This document shows, piece by piece, positions 1 through 12,494 of a DNA stretch of 64,000 nucleotides. The notes below the pieces were generated by a model. The model saw only the letters and a list, made by a program, of their open reading frames with translations, did no database searches and had not been told where the DNA came from. The stretch is taken from positions 65,339 through 129,338 of the forward strand of contig JBNASH010000036.1 of assembly GCA_049720475.1 (NCBI GenBank), given 5' to 3'. The position numbers and the translations under genes were made by a program. Origin of the DNA: Minisyncoccia bacterium (GTDB lineage Bacteria > Patescibacteriota > Minisyncoccia > UBA6257 > JAAZHW01). The first letter of the stretch is position 1. Each line of letters starts with the position of its first letter.

Positions 1-145
1 ATTAGGGTATCGGATTAAAGAAGTTGGCATTCGTTGGATAAACGATCCTCATTCCAAAGTAAAAGCCTCTGCCTTTTTTGAAGTTTTAGCTGAAGTAATA
101 AAAATTCGTTTAAATATTTGGCGGAAGAAATACTCTTTGAATTAA
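1..145 (+). CDS. 3' end of a GT2 glycosyltransferase (dolichyl-phosphate glucosyltransferase-like), partial
   Basis: Frame 2 reads LGYRIKEVGIRWINDPHSKVK...KYSLN-stop (TAA 143-145), resembling the C-terminus of DPG-synthase-like GT2 proteins. Confidence 0.6.
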   Translation, partial: LGYRIKEVGIRWINDPHSKVKASAFFEVLAEVIKIRLNIWRKKYSLN

Positions 146-148
146 ATT

Positions 149-1189
149 ATGAAAAAAAATCACAAACAAAATAATAAAAATAACAATTTGGAATACATTT
201 CCCAATTAAGACAAAACCCTATTTCTAAAGATTGGATTACTATTGCTTCGGTCCGCGCTAAAAGACCCGAGCAATTAATTGTTAAAAAACCAAAAAGAAT
301 TATTACTCCCAAAAACAAATGTCCTTTTGAAAATCCTCAAAAAACAGGTCACAAACCGCCAGAATTAATTAAATTTTTACCCAATCAAAAAGAATGGTTT
401 TTGCAAATTTTTGAAAATAAATACCCAGCCTTTCAACCTAAGGATGTTTCTATTTCCGAACAAAAAATCGGCCCCTATAAATTTATCAATGGCTATGGTT
501 ATCATGAGCTTTTAGTTTTAAGAGATCATTATAAACCTTTGGCCGATTATAGTGCAAAAGAAATTTTTATTATTCTTAAGGCTTTACAAGAGCGCTATTT
601 AGAAATTGCTCAAGATAAGAAAATAAAATATATTTCTATTTTTCACAATTGGGGTCCAACAGCCGGCGCCTCAATATATCATCCACATTTGCAAATTATT
701 GCTATCCCAGTTATTCCGCCCCACATTCAACATTCTTTAACAGGCAGTCATCGCTATTGGCTTAAAAATCGTCGGTGTGCCCATTGTGAGATTAACAAAT
801 TTGAAATTCAAAACAAAAAACGCATTCTTTTCCAAAATAACAATGCTGTTGCTTTTAGTCCTTTTATTTCTTTAGAACCATTTGCCTTAAGAATAATTTC
901 TTTAAAACACTTGCCATATTTTGAAGAAACACCGTCTAAAATTCTAATGGATATTGCTGAAATTTTGCGGAAAAGCTTGCAAATATTTAAAAATAGATTA
1001 AATGATCCCGATTATAATTTATTCATTCATACCGCTCCGACAATTGATAAAAGAAAATACCATTGCTACCATTGGCATATGGAAATTATTCCCAAAATTA
1101 ATATTTCAGCCGGCTTTGAATTGTCAACGGGTATCGAAATTACAACAGTTGATCCTGATGAGGGGGTAAGATATTTAAAGGGAAAATAA
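149..1189 (+). CDS. galT: Galactose-1-phosphate uridylyltransferase (GalT family)
   Basis: RAKRP, CPF, NKYPA, AGASIYHPHLQ (HxH catalytic) and HWHMEIIP motifs. Confidence 0.9.
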   Translation: MKKNHKQNNKNNNLEYISQLRQNPISKDWITIASVRAKRPEQLIVKKPKRIITPKNKCPFENPQKTGHKPPELIKFLPNQKEWFLQIFENKYPAFQPKDVSISEQKIGPYKFINGYGYHELLVLRDHYKPLADYSAKEIFIILKALQERYLEIAQDKKIKYISIFHNWGPTAGASIYHPHLQIIAIPVIPPHIQHSLTGSHRYWLKNRRCAHCEINKFEIQNKKRILFQNNNAVAFSPFISLEPFALRIISLKHLPYFEETPSKILMDIAEILRKSLQIFKNRLNDPDYNLFIHTAPTIDKRKYHCYHWHMEIIPKINISAGFELSTGIEITTVDPDEGVRYLKGK

Positions 1190-1192
1190 TCT

Positions 1193-1819
1193 ATGTTGAG
1201 TAAAATTTTATCATTAATAGCATCTTTTATTTTGGGATTTATTAAAAAAGGGGGATATGTAGGAATTTTTTTGTTAATGGCTTTGGAAAGTTGTAATATT
1301 CCGATTCCTTCAGAGATAATTATGCCTTTTTCCGGATTTCTAGCAACGCAAAAGGTTTTTAATCTATTTATGTTAGCATTAATTGGAGGTTTGGGAAATT
1401 TATTTGGTTCACTCATTTCCTATCTTATAGCTTTTAAACTGAAAGATAAAATTAAAAATTTTTTTATTAGATCCAAATTTTTTTCTCACGATTATCTTAC
1501 GGCAGAAAAATTTTTTGTTAAATATGGGGTAAAATCTATTTTTATTGGTCGTTTATTGCCAATTATTAGAACTTTTATTTCTTTTCCGGCCGGCAGTTTC
1601 GCCGTTAACCTTAAGAAATTTATTTTCTATACTTTTATAGGAGCATTTTTCTGGTCATATTTTTTAGCTTATTTGGGTTATTATTTAGGAGAACATTGGG
1701 ATATTCTGGGTCAGTATTTTCAAAAATTTGATTATTTAATTATTGGTCTTTTTGTTTTGTTTGTTTTTTATTATATAATTAGAAAGGTGAGGGAAATAAA
1801 AAAATTAAATGTCGAATAA
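1193..1819 (+). CDS. dedA: DedA family membrane protein
   Basis: LESCNIPIPSE and GRLLPIIRTFISFPAG signatures; hydrophobic. Confidence 0.9.
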   Translation: MLSKILSLIASFILGFIKKGGYVGIFLLMALESCNIPIPSEIIMPFSGFLATQKVFNLFMLALIGGLGNLFGSLISYLIAFKLKDKIKNFFIRSKFFSHDYLTAEKFFVKYGVKSIFIGRLLPIIRTFISFPAGSFAVNLKKFIFYTFIGAFFWSYFLAYLGYYLGEHWDILGQYFQKFDYLIIGLFVLFVFYYIIRKVREIKKLNVE

Positions 1820-1836
1820 AGATATAAAATAAAATT

Positions 1837-2802
1837 ATGAAATATAAAGTGGTTGTAACTCGTAAAATTCCCGAAGTGGGGATTGATCTTTTAAAAAAGG
1901 CCGGTTTTCAGGTGGTTGTTAATCCTTATGACCGAGTTTTAAAACGCGAGGAATTGAAAAAAATGGTTAAGGGCGCTCATGCAATTTTATCGCTTTTAAC
2001 CGATAAAATTGATGGTGAAATTTTAGATGCGGCTGGCCCCCAATTAAAAATAGTTGCTAATTATGCAGTGGGTTATGATAATTTTAAGCTGGAAGATTTT
2101 AAAGATAGAAAAATTTATGCAACTAATACCCCCGGCGTTTTAACCGAAACCGTTGCTGAGCATGCGATTGGAATGCTTTTTGCTATTGCCCAAAGAATAG
2201 TAGAGGCAGATGAATTTGTTCGGCAAGGAAAATTTGAGGGGTGGGGACCGATGTTGTTTTTGGGTGCTGATGTTAGAAATAAAACTTTAGGAATTGTTGG
2301 TTTGGGTCGAATTGGTGCTGAAGTGGCGAAAAGAATGCGCGATGGTTTTGGTTTGTCAATTATTTATTACGATGTAAAAAGAAACTTAGAATTGGAAAAA
2401 GAATTAAAAATAAAATATGCGCCATTTAAGCAATTGTTAAAGAAATCTGATTTTATCAGTATTCATGTTCCGCTTTTACCAACTACACACCACATGTTTA
2501 CGCTTAAAGAATTTAAGTTAATGAAAAAAACAGCTTATATCATTAATACGGCTCGAGGAGCGGTAATAAAAGAAAAAGATTTGGTAGTTGCGTTAAAGAA
2601 AAAAATAATTGCCGGCGCTGCTTTGGATGTTTATGAATTTGAACCCAAAATAACACCTGAATTGTTAAAATTGCCCAATACAGTCCTTTTGCCTCATATT
2701 GCTTCAGCTAGTATTGAAACTCGGTCAAAAATGGCAGAAATGGCGGCTAATAATATCATTGCGGTGTTAAAAGGAAAAAAACCATTAAATCCAATTTTTT
2801 AA
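1837..2802 (+). CDS. D-glycerate dehydrogenase / glyoxylate reductase (D-2-hydroxyacid dehydrogenase)
   Basis: ANYAVGYDN, TNTPGVLT, GLGRIG, INTARG, ALDVYE, PHIASA motifs. Confidence 0.9.
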   Translation: MKYKVVVTRKIPEVGIDLLKKAGFQVVVNPYDRVLKREELKKMVKGAHAILSLLTDKIDGEILDAAGPQLKIVANYAVGYDNFKLEDFKDRKIYATNTPGVLTETVAEHAIGMLFAIAQRIVEADEFVRQGKFEGWGPMLFLGADVRNKTLGIVGLGRIGAEVAKRMRDGFGLSIIYYDVKRNLELEKELKIKYAPFKQLLKKSDFISIHVPLLPTTHHMFTLKEFKLMKKTAYIINTARGAVIKEKDLVVALKKKIIAGAALDVYEFEPKITPELLKLPNTVLLPHIASASIETRSKMAEMAANNIIAVLKGKKPLNPIF

Positions 2803-2904
2803 GGTAATTTTTGTTATCCACAGAAAATGTTTTAAAACCAAGATTTTTAATTTATAATAAAAATAAGCCTATAAAAGGTCGATTAACAATAATCATTTAA
2901 AAAT

Positions 2905-3588
2905 ATGGTCGTTCAATCTTGGGCAGATATTTTGGTCAGTTCATTCCAAACCTGGTGGAATGTCTTCGTTAATTTTTTACCAAACTTTTTAGGTGCTTTA
3001 ATTGTTTTTCTGATTGGGTTAATTATTGCCGCCGGTTTGGCTGCTTTAGTGGCTAAAATAATTGCTGCCATCAAATTAGATAAACTTCTTGAAAAATTAG
3101 GAGTGGGTAAATTCTGTGAGAGAGCAGGTTGGACTTTAAATTCAGCTAAATTCTTAGGTGAAATTGTTCGATGGTTCTTTATTTTAGTATTTTTGTTGGC
3201 AGCAACTGATATTTTGAAATTGCAAGCCATCAGCAGCTTCTTGAAAGATGTTTTGCTTTACTTGCCAAACATTATTATCGCTATTGTGATTATGTTAGCG
3301 GCAATAGTTGTTGGCGATTTCTTGGCAGGTTTGGTGAAAGGAACTGTGAAGGGTGCTAATCTGTATGCTTCGAAATTCTTGTCTTCTTTGACTCGTTGGG
3401 TAATTTTGATTTTTGGATTTTTGACCGCTTTGATTCAATTAGGAGTGGGCGTAGCAATTATTAATACCGTTATCACTGGTATCATTGCTATGCTTGCGAT
3501 TGCTGGTGGTATTGCTTTTGGTTTGGGAGGAAAAGAATATGCTTCGCATCTCATTAATGAATTTAGAAATAAAGTAGAAGAAAAGTAA
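2905..3588 (+). CDS. TM-helix repeat membrane protein (CmpX / small mechanosensitive-channel-like)
   Basis: Repeated (F/Y)LPNxxxA TM helices and AxGIAFGLGGKE C-terminal motif. Confidence 0.75.
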   Translation: MVVQSWADILVSSFQTWWNVFVNFLPNFLGALIVFLIGLIIAAGLAALVAKIIAAIKLDKLLEKLGVGKFCERAGWTLNSAKFLGEIVRWFFILVFLLAATDILKLQAISSFLKDVLLYLPNIIIAIVIMLAAIVVGDFLAGLVKGTVKGANLYASKFLSSLTRWVILIFGFLTALIQLGVGVAIINTVITGIIAMLAIAGGIAFGLGGKEYASHLINEFRNKVEEK

Positions 3589-3600
3589 ATATAAAATAAA

Positions 3601-3636
3601 GAAAGTCCCGCTCTTGATTTAAAGAGCGGGACTTTC
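3601..3636 (+). terminator. Intrinsic terminator hairpin
   Basis: GAAAGTCCCGCTCTT-gattta-AAGAGCGGGACTTTC inverted repeat right after the stop codon. Confidence 0.8.
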
Positions 3637-3647
3637 TAACTTAACTA

Positions 3648-3676
3648 TTGACTTTAAAAAATTTATTTGTTAAAAT
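3648..3676 (+). promoter_or_regulatory. Sigma70 promoter P1 upstream of the rRNA unit
   Basis: TTGACT-17 nt-TAAAAT with extended TG. Confidence 0.65.
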
Positions 3677-3694
3677 ACTCTCACAAAAAAAACA

Positions 3695-3739
3695 ATGCGT
3701 AATCTTTTTAAACTATTTATAAAAATTCAAGGAAGCTGA
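3695..3739 (+). CDS. Putative 14-aa leader peptide MRNLFKLFIKIQGS
   Basis: ATG 3695 to TGA 3739 downstream of P1; last codons overlap an 11-nt segment complementary to the downstream terminator. Confidence 0.35.
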   Translation: MRNLFKLFIKIQGS

Positions 3740-3765
3740 TAATTGAAAAGGGGAATTTTTATGCT

Positions 3766-3798
3766 AAAATCCGCTTCCTTGAAAAGAGCGGATTTTTT
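3766..3798 (+). terminator. Intrinsic terminator / attenuator hairpin
   Basis: AAAATCCGCT...AGCGGATTTT stem followed by a T run. Confidence 0.7.
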
Positions 3799-3812
3799 AA
3801 AAAATAAATAGG

Positions 3813-3888
3813 TTGACAATCGAGAGATAGACAAATAATATTTGTTTAATCTCGGTTGTTAACAAAAAACAACCGCGCACATTAAAAA
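3813..3888 (+). promoter_or_regulatory. rRNA promoter P2 with boxB-like hairpin and boxA-like element
   Basis: TTGACA-17-TAATAT (3813-3841); CGGTTGTT/AACAACCG hairpin; GCACATTAAAAA at 3877-3888. Confidence 0.55.
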
Positions 3889-3917
3889 TAAAAAGGGTAT
3901 AATGAAGCATTTTTTAT

Positions 3918-7061
<3,144 letters not shown>

Positions 7062-7108
7062 ATAAAAAATGCTTCATTAAAACCTTTTAAATTTTCTAAG
7101 CAAAGACT

Positions 7109-7225
7109 TCTCGGTGATTTAGTCCATTGTGTACCACCTCTTCCCATTCCGAACAGAGAAGTGAAAGCAATGGACGCCGATGGTACTCACCCGAACACGG
7201 TGGGAAGAGTAGGCTTCGCCGAGAG
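7109..7225 (+). rRNA. rrf: 5S ribosomal RNA
   Basis: CCCATTCCGAAC, GAAGTGAA, GCCGATGGTAC, GGGAAGAGTAGG motifs; CTCGG/CCGAG terminal stem; flanking TTCTAAGCAAAGA/TCTTTGCTTAGAA stem. Confidence 0.95.
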
Positions 7226-7242
7226 CTCTTTGCTTAGAAGAA

Positions 7243-7271
7243 AAAAAGAGCCTGTTAAGCAGGCTCTTTTT
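7243..7271. terminator. Bidirectional terminator between the rRNA unit and the convergent Fic-like gene
   Basis: AAAAAGAGCCTG-ttaag-CAGGCTCTTTTT. Confidence 0.8.
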
Positions 7272-7911
7272 GTTGATTAATTTTTTTAAGAAATAATTCG
7301 TATAGTAGTTGAGGATCTTGAGCAATAAAAGCTCCCAAGTATTCGGGTTTTTCGTTGTAAGTAATTACGAAAGGTGGTAGGTAAAAATATTTTAGAAGAT
7401 AGAAGAGCAATGCTCTATTAACGCGTCCGTTGCAATTGTAGAAAGGGTTAACTATCCCGAAATGGTAGTGGAAATTGCTAATTAACTCTACTTTGTTTTC
7501 AAAATTATTTTCACATTTTCTCTTTTTTTGATACAAAAAAAGCATCTGGCATTTATTTAAAACTTTTATCAATTCCTCCATCTTTCGAGGAATTTTTTCT
7601 GGAGAAATCCCTCCTAATTCACCAATAAGAGGTGCGCCCTCTCGATATTTACCAGCCCATTCAGGATGATTTTTATTTGACCAAATTTCCGATTCTCTGA
7701 AAATTAATTCGTGTGTTTTTTTAATGTCTTCCTCAGTAATGAAAATTTCTTTTTCATCAGCGCGTTTTTCAAGATAGAGTATTGCTCCAACGTGCCCATC
7801 TTTTTTGTTTTTTTCGATTTCTTCTTTTATAACAGCGTAACTAGAACATCGATTATCAATCAACTCCGATTCATTAATAAATTTTGCCAAAAAATCAATT
7901 CTATCTATCAT
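7255..7911 (-). CDS. Fic/Doc family protein with degenerate catalytic motif
   Basis: IKKTHELI, AGKYR and NPFYNCNGRVNR (canonical HPFxDGNGRxxR); strong AAGGAGG SD. Confidence 0.8.
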   Translation of the reverse strand: MIDRIDFLAKFINESELIDNRCSSYAVIKEEIEKNKKDGHVGAILYLEKRADEKEIFITEEDIKKTHELIFRESEIWSNKNHPEWAGKYREGAPLIGELGGISPEKIPRKMEELIKVLNKCQMLFLYQKKRKCENNFENKVELISNFHYHFGIVNPFYNCNGRVNRALLFYLLKYFYLPPFVITYNEKPEYLGAFIAQDPQLLYELFLKKINQQKEPA

Positions 7912-8028
7912 TAATGCCCTCCTTATAAAAATTTAAAGATCTGTATTTATTATAGAGGAAATAAAAAGATTTTTAATAGAGTCCCTATTAAAAAGTTGAT
8001 TTTTCTATAACCGCTATTTGAAAATATT

Positions 8029-8056
8029 AAAAATCCCTCTATGTTGAGGGATTTTT
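8029..8056 (-). terminator. Terminator downstream of tRNA-Ser
   Basis: AAAAATCCCTC-tatgtt-GAGGGATTTTT. Confidence 0.7.
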
Positions 8057-8061
8057 TATAG

Positions 8062-8148
8062 CGGAAGGGGTGGGATTCGAACCCACGAGGCGCCTCATCA
8101 GCGCCAGAGTTTAGCAAACTCTTGCCTTAACCACTCGGCCACCCTTCC
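8062..8148 (-). tRNA. tRNA-Ser(GCT), CCA not encoded
   Basis: Minus strand GGAAGGG acceptor, AGAGT-TTGCTAA-ACTCT anticodon arm, long variable arm, GGTTCGAATCC T-arm. Confidence 0.95.
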
Positions 8149-8227
8149 AAGTTAATCAAACTTTTCTATTATAACAAAAAATCTTTTTTTTTGCAAACAC
8201 GACCCTTTCGATTTATAATTGATAATA

Positions 8228-8863
8228 ATGTTTGAATATCATACTTTGGCAATTGTTCTCAAAAAAGAAGCGCTTAATGAAGCAGACGCTAATGTAATTT
8301 TATATACAAAAGAACTGGGTAAATTAGAAATAATAGCGAAAGGCATTAAAAAAACAATTTCTAAATTTGGTGGACATCTCGAACCACTTAATTTAATTGA
8401 GGCAACTATTATTGCTGTCAACAATAAACATTTAACCAGCGTTTTAACAGTTGATAATTTTTCTTTAATTCGGGAAGATTATTTGAAATTAGAAAATGCT
8501 TTAAAAATGATAGGAATTTTTAATGAAGCAATTGTTTCCTCTGAAAAAGATGAGTTCATTTGGGAAATTCTTTTAAATTATTTAAAAGAACTCAATGAGA
8601 CAATTATTCCCACCGAGGAAAAAAAGCAGTTTTTTATTCAGCTTTTAAATCTGCAATTTTTAATTAGATTAGGACGAAGTTTAGGCGTGTTGCCCGATAA
8701 GGAAGAATTAAGGGAATATTTTGATAAAAACACCGCTTCATTAATTATTTTTTTAAGCCAAAATTCTCCTCAAGACATCATTGAAAAATATGATATATCA
8801 AAATTGCAAAAAATAGATTATAATAAAATAGAGAAGTCAATTAAACAAAAAATTATTATTTAA
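8228..8863 (+). CDS. recO: DNA repair protein RecO
   Basis: N-terminal AIVLK...EADANVILYTKELGK...AKGIKK..SKFGGHLEP OB-fold signature; ATG chosen 8 nt after TATAAT. Confidence 0.85.
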   Translation: MFEYHTLAIVLKKEALNEADANVILYTKELGKLEIIAKGIKKTISKFGGHLEPLNLIEATIIAVNNKHLTSVLTVDNFSLIREDYLKLENALKMIGIFNEAIVSSEKDEFIWEILLNYLKELNETIIPTEEKKQFFIQLLNLQFLIRLGRSLGVLPDKEELREYFDKNTASLIIFLSQNSPQDIIEKYDISKLQKIDYNKIEKSIKQKIII

Positions 8864-8865
8864 AT

Positions 8866-10776
8866 ATGGCTTTAAAGGATATTGAAGAAAGACTTTATAA
8901 AATGAAAGAGGGGAGTCCTCTGGAGGAAGAGGAAGAGGTGCCGGTATTTTCAAGAGAAGAAATAACTGAAGAAAAAACGCCGAAAAAAATTGTTGAAGTT
9001 GAAGAGGTGCGACCCAAAAGACCTCCCATTAATTTTTATCAAAAATCAAGCAAGAAAAGTATTGTATATTACATAATTATTGCAATTCTTTTTGGGGCGT
9101 TATTGTTTGAAGGATATTTGCTTGGTCAAAAACTTTCTTCTCAAAAAACCGGCATTCAAATAAATATTAATAGTGCGGATAATGTTTTAGTGGGAGAGGT
9201 TTTTCCTCTTGATGTTGTTTATAAAAATGATTCGGCCAATTTATTACAAAATACGGATTTAATTGTTGAATTGCCAAATAATATTAAAATTTTGGGGATG
9301 GAAAATAATGGGCAAATTTATAAAAAAACACTGGGTGATTTAGGAACAGGAACAAATAATGTTGAGCGATTATATTTGGTAGCAATGGGAACACCCAACC
9401 GCATTGATAATATTAAAGCAACTCTTCAATATAACATCGCTGGTTTTAGTGGCCGATTTGAAAAATCTAAAGTTCAAACAATTACTATTGGCGGCCCCAT
9501 TATTGATTACAGTCTTTCTGTTCCTGAGAAAATTGTCAGCGGTGAGGAATTTACTATAAAACTCACTTTTAAAAACAATTCTAATCAATCAATTCCACAA
9601 TTGCGACTCCAACTTTATTATCCATTAGGGTTTACTTTTACGAGTGCTGATATTAATCCGGTGGAAGGAAATAATTTATGGATTTGGGGTGACTTGCAAC
9701 CGTATCAAAGTGGAGAGATTAATGTTAGAGGAATCATTGTGGGCGAGGTGGGAACTTATTATGAAATAGGTTTGGAAGCTAGTCTTATCTCCCAGGATCA
9801 GCCGATTGTTTTTGATAAAAAAACAACCTCTGTTAGCATTTTAAAAGCACCTTTAAATTTAGCTATCTATGTAAATAACAGCCGAGATTATATTGCTCGA
9901 AATGGTGAGATGCTTGAATACCGGATTGATTATCAGAATAACACCGAAATTGCTTTAAGTGAGGTTATTATTAAAGCCGAATTAGAAGGCGCTATGTTTA
10001 ATTATCAAAGCGTTATGACGAATGGTTATTTTGATTCTCTAAAAAAACAGATTATTTGGAATGCGGGTAATACTCCTGATTTGAAATTAGTAGATAGAGG
10101 TAAAGGTGGTTCTGTGACTTTTAAAATATTTACTACTTCTGATTATCCCGCGAGAAGTTTTAAAGATAAAGGGCAGACTCTTAAAGTTAAAGCAACCATT
10201 GAATCACCATCAGTACCTCCAAAGAGTAATTTAACTAGTACAACTGCCGTGGCGCAAATAACAACCAAAATTTTGGGCAGGGTTGATTTTCAGTATTATG
10301 CTCTGTTTAGAGATGCTGCTTCGGGGATTGTCAATAAAGGCAGTTTGCCGTTAAAAGTAGGAAAAACTACTAATTTTACTATTCATTGGAAAATTATAAA
10401 TTACAACAATGATTTGAGCGAGGTAACGATTAAAACTATTTTGCCGCAAGGTATCTCTTGGACTAATGTTATTGCTGGCAATTATGGCGATTTGAAACCA
10501 GAATATAATGAGCGAACCAGCGAACTTGTTTGGCGCATTAAAGAAGTGCCTGCTTTTTCTGGTATTTTAATGCCTCCTTATGAATTAATTTTTCAAGTGG
10601 CAGCCACACCCTCAATTAATCAGGTTGGTAGTTATATGGAGTTAATAAAAGAAACGACTTTTTCCGCAACTGATAAATTTACCGGCCAAACAATTGAGCT
10701 GAAAGCCAATCCTATTACTACGGAATTGCGTTCTGATCCAACAGTACAATTTGGAGAAGGTAAGGTGCAGTATTAA
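8866..10776 (+). CDS. Single-pass membrane protein with repeated beta-sandwich (DUF11/Ig-like) extracellular domains
   Basis: One TM segment (about aa 66-86) followed by four repeats of GE..(Y/F).I.Y.N...L-type strands. Confidence 0.6.
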   Translation: MALKDIEERLYKMKEGSPLEEEEEVPVFSREEITEEKTPKKIVEVEEVRPKRPPINFYQKSSKKSIVYYIIIAILFGALLFEGYLLGQKLSSQKTGIQININSADNVLVGEVFPLDVVYKNDSANLLQNTDLIVELPNNIKILGMENNGQIYKKTLGDLGTGTNNVERLYLVAMGTPNRIDNIKATLQYNIAGFSGRFEKSKVQTITIGGPIIDYSLSVPEKIVSGEEFTIKLTFKNNSNQSIPQLRLQLYYPLGFTFTSADINPVEGNNLWIWGDLQPYQSGEINVRGIIVGEVGTYYEIGLEASLISQDQPIVFDKKTTSVSILKAPLNLAIYVNNSRDYIARNGEMLEYRIDYQNNTEIALSEVIIKAELEGAMFNYQSVMTNGYFDSLKKQIIWNAGNTPDLKLVDRGKGGSVTFKIFTTSDYPARSFKDKGQTLKVKATIESPSVPPKSNLTSTTAVAQITTKILGRVDFQYYALFRDAASGIVNKGSLPLKVGKTTNFTIHWKIINYNNDLSEVTIKTILPQGISWTNVIAGNYGDLKPEYNERTSELVWRIKEVPAFSGILMPPYELIFQVAATPSINQVGSYMELIKETTFSATDKFTGQTIELKANPITTELRSDPTVQFGEGKVQY

Positions 10777-10898
10777 ATTTAGCAACCTTTTTATTAATTT
10801 AAAAACAGGTTGTAGGTGGACCAATTGATAAGTTAAAAGCTTACAAAGTAAATAAGAATATAATTGTTTTTTGATTTATTTTTTTTATAATAAAATTG

Positions 10899-12248
10899 AT
10901 GAGTGAAAAAAATACAGAGAACAATCTAATGGATAAAATTATTAGTTTGGCCAAGAGGCGCGGGTTTATTTTTCCATCTTCAGAAATTTATGGTGGTTTT
11001 TCAAGTTCTTATGATTATGGACCCCTGGGAGTAGAATTAAAAAATAATATTAAGCGTGCCTGGTGGAAAGAAATGCTTCAAAAACAAAATAATATTGTCG
11101 GCTTAGATAGCGCCATTTTAATGTCGCCAAAAATTTGGCAAGCCTCTGGCCATTTATCAGCTGGTTTTGCTGATTCTTTGGTTGAATGTACCAAATGTCA
11201 TCATCGTTTTCGCGAGGATAATGTGGTAGATAATAAATGTCCTGATTGTGGTGGTGAATTGATGCCGCCAAGAAAATTTAATTTAATGATGAAAACTTTT
11301 GTTGGGCCGGTGGAAGATGAGGCGGCAATTACTTATTTACGAGCGGAAACTTGCCAAGGAATTTATATGAATTATGAAAATGTTTTGAATTCGATGCGAT
11401 TAAAAATTCCTTTTGGTATTGCCCAAATTGGAAAGGCATTTCGCAATGAAATCAACCCCGGTAATTTTACTTATCGCATGCGAGAATTTGAACAAATGGA
11501 AATGCAATTTTTTGTTCATCCTTCAGAAGCAGATAAATGGTTTGAGTATTGGGTCCAACAACGTTTAAACTGGTACATTTCTTTAGGAATTAAAAAAGAA
11601 AATTTAAGATTACATCAGCAAACAAAAGAAGAATTAGCGCATTATGCCAGAGCCGCTGTGGATATTGAATATAAATTCCCATTTGGTTGGAAAGAAATTG
11701 AGGGTATTCATAATCGTGGCGATTGGGATTTATCAAATCATTCAAAATATTCAGGCCACGAATTGGTTTATTATGATGAAAAATCCAAGGAAAAATTTAT
11801 TCCTTACATTATTGAAACGTCCGCTGGTGCCGATCGAAGCGCCTTGGTTTTTTTGATTGATGCTTATGAAGAGATTGTGGGTGGTCGGACTCAAACTACC
11901 GAAGCAACAAAAGAAGTAGAAGTTGTTTTGAAGTTTCATCCTTTTATCGCACCAGTGAAAGTGGCAATTTTCCCGTTATTAAAAAATAAAGAAAATCTAA
12001 CTACTTTAGCTAAAGAAATTTATAAAAAATTAAAATTGCATTTTATCGTTCAATATGATGAAGTTGATTCGATTGGTCGCAGATATCGCCGCCAAGATGA
12101 AATTGGGACACCATTTTGTGTTACTGTTGATTTTCAAAGTTTGGAAGATCAAACTGTAACTGTAAGAGATCGAGATACTTTAGCACAAGAAAGAGTAAAA
12201 ATTGATAATCTCATTAATTATCTTAAAGAAAAAATCGAGACCTTTTAA
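10899..12248 (+). CDS. glyQS: Glycine--tRNA ligase (homodimeric GlyQS type)
   Basis: RRGFIFPSSEIYGG, DYGPLG, YLRAETCQG, FRNEI, REFEQME, SIGRRYRRQDEIGTP. Confidence 0.97.
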   Translation: MSEKNTENNLMDKIISLAKRRGFIFPSSEIYGGFSSSYDYGPLGVELKNNIKRAWWKEMLQKQNNIVGLDSAILMSPKIWQASGHLSAGFADSLVECTKCHHRFREDNVVDNKCPDCGGELMPPRKFNLMMKTFVGPVEDEAAITYLRAETCQGIYMNYENVLNSMRLKIPFGIAQIGKAFRNEINPGNFTYRMREFEQMEMQFFVHPSEADKWFEYWVQQRLNWYISLGIKKENLRLHQQTKEELAHYARAAVDIEYKFPFGWKEIEGIHNRGDWDLSNHSKYSGHELVYYDEKSKEKFIPYIIETSAGADRSALVFLIDAYEEIVGGRTQTTEATKEVEVVLKFHPFIAPVKVAIFPLLKNKENLTTLAKEIYKKLKLHFIVQYDEVDSIGRRYRRQDEIGTPFCVTVDFQSLEDQTVTVRDRDTLAQERVKIDNLINYLKEKIETF

Positions 12249-12284
12249 TTTTAAAAATTAAAGGTCGGTTAAAATTTATAAAAT

Positions 12285-12494
12285 ATGGCAATTATTAAAA
12301 TTAGAAAAATTATTGGTACTTCGCCAAAAAGTTTTGAAGATGCCTTAAAAAATATTGTTGATTTTGTGGGAAAGGATAAATACAATTTAACTGGCGTAAA
12401 AATTGTTGATCAATCAGTGGCTTTGGAGAAGGGTAAAATTGTTGAGTACAAAATTGTGGCTGATGTCGCTTATAAATGGGAAGAGGAAAAATAA
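12285..12494 (+). CDS. Dodecin-family protein
   Basis: 69 aa with IIGTSPKSFEDA and GKIVEYK dodecin-like pattern. Confidence 0.75.
   Translation: MAIIKIRKIIGTSPKSFEDALKNIVDFVGKDKYNLTGVKIVDQSVALEKGKIVEYKIVADVAYKWEEEK

Noticed and set aside
3761-3811. Second mini-ORF MLKSASLKRADFLKNK crossing the attenuator hairpin
   Set aside because: Its sequence is explained by the hairpin and there is no independent support, though it should be rechecked if the attenuator is real
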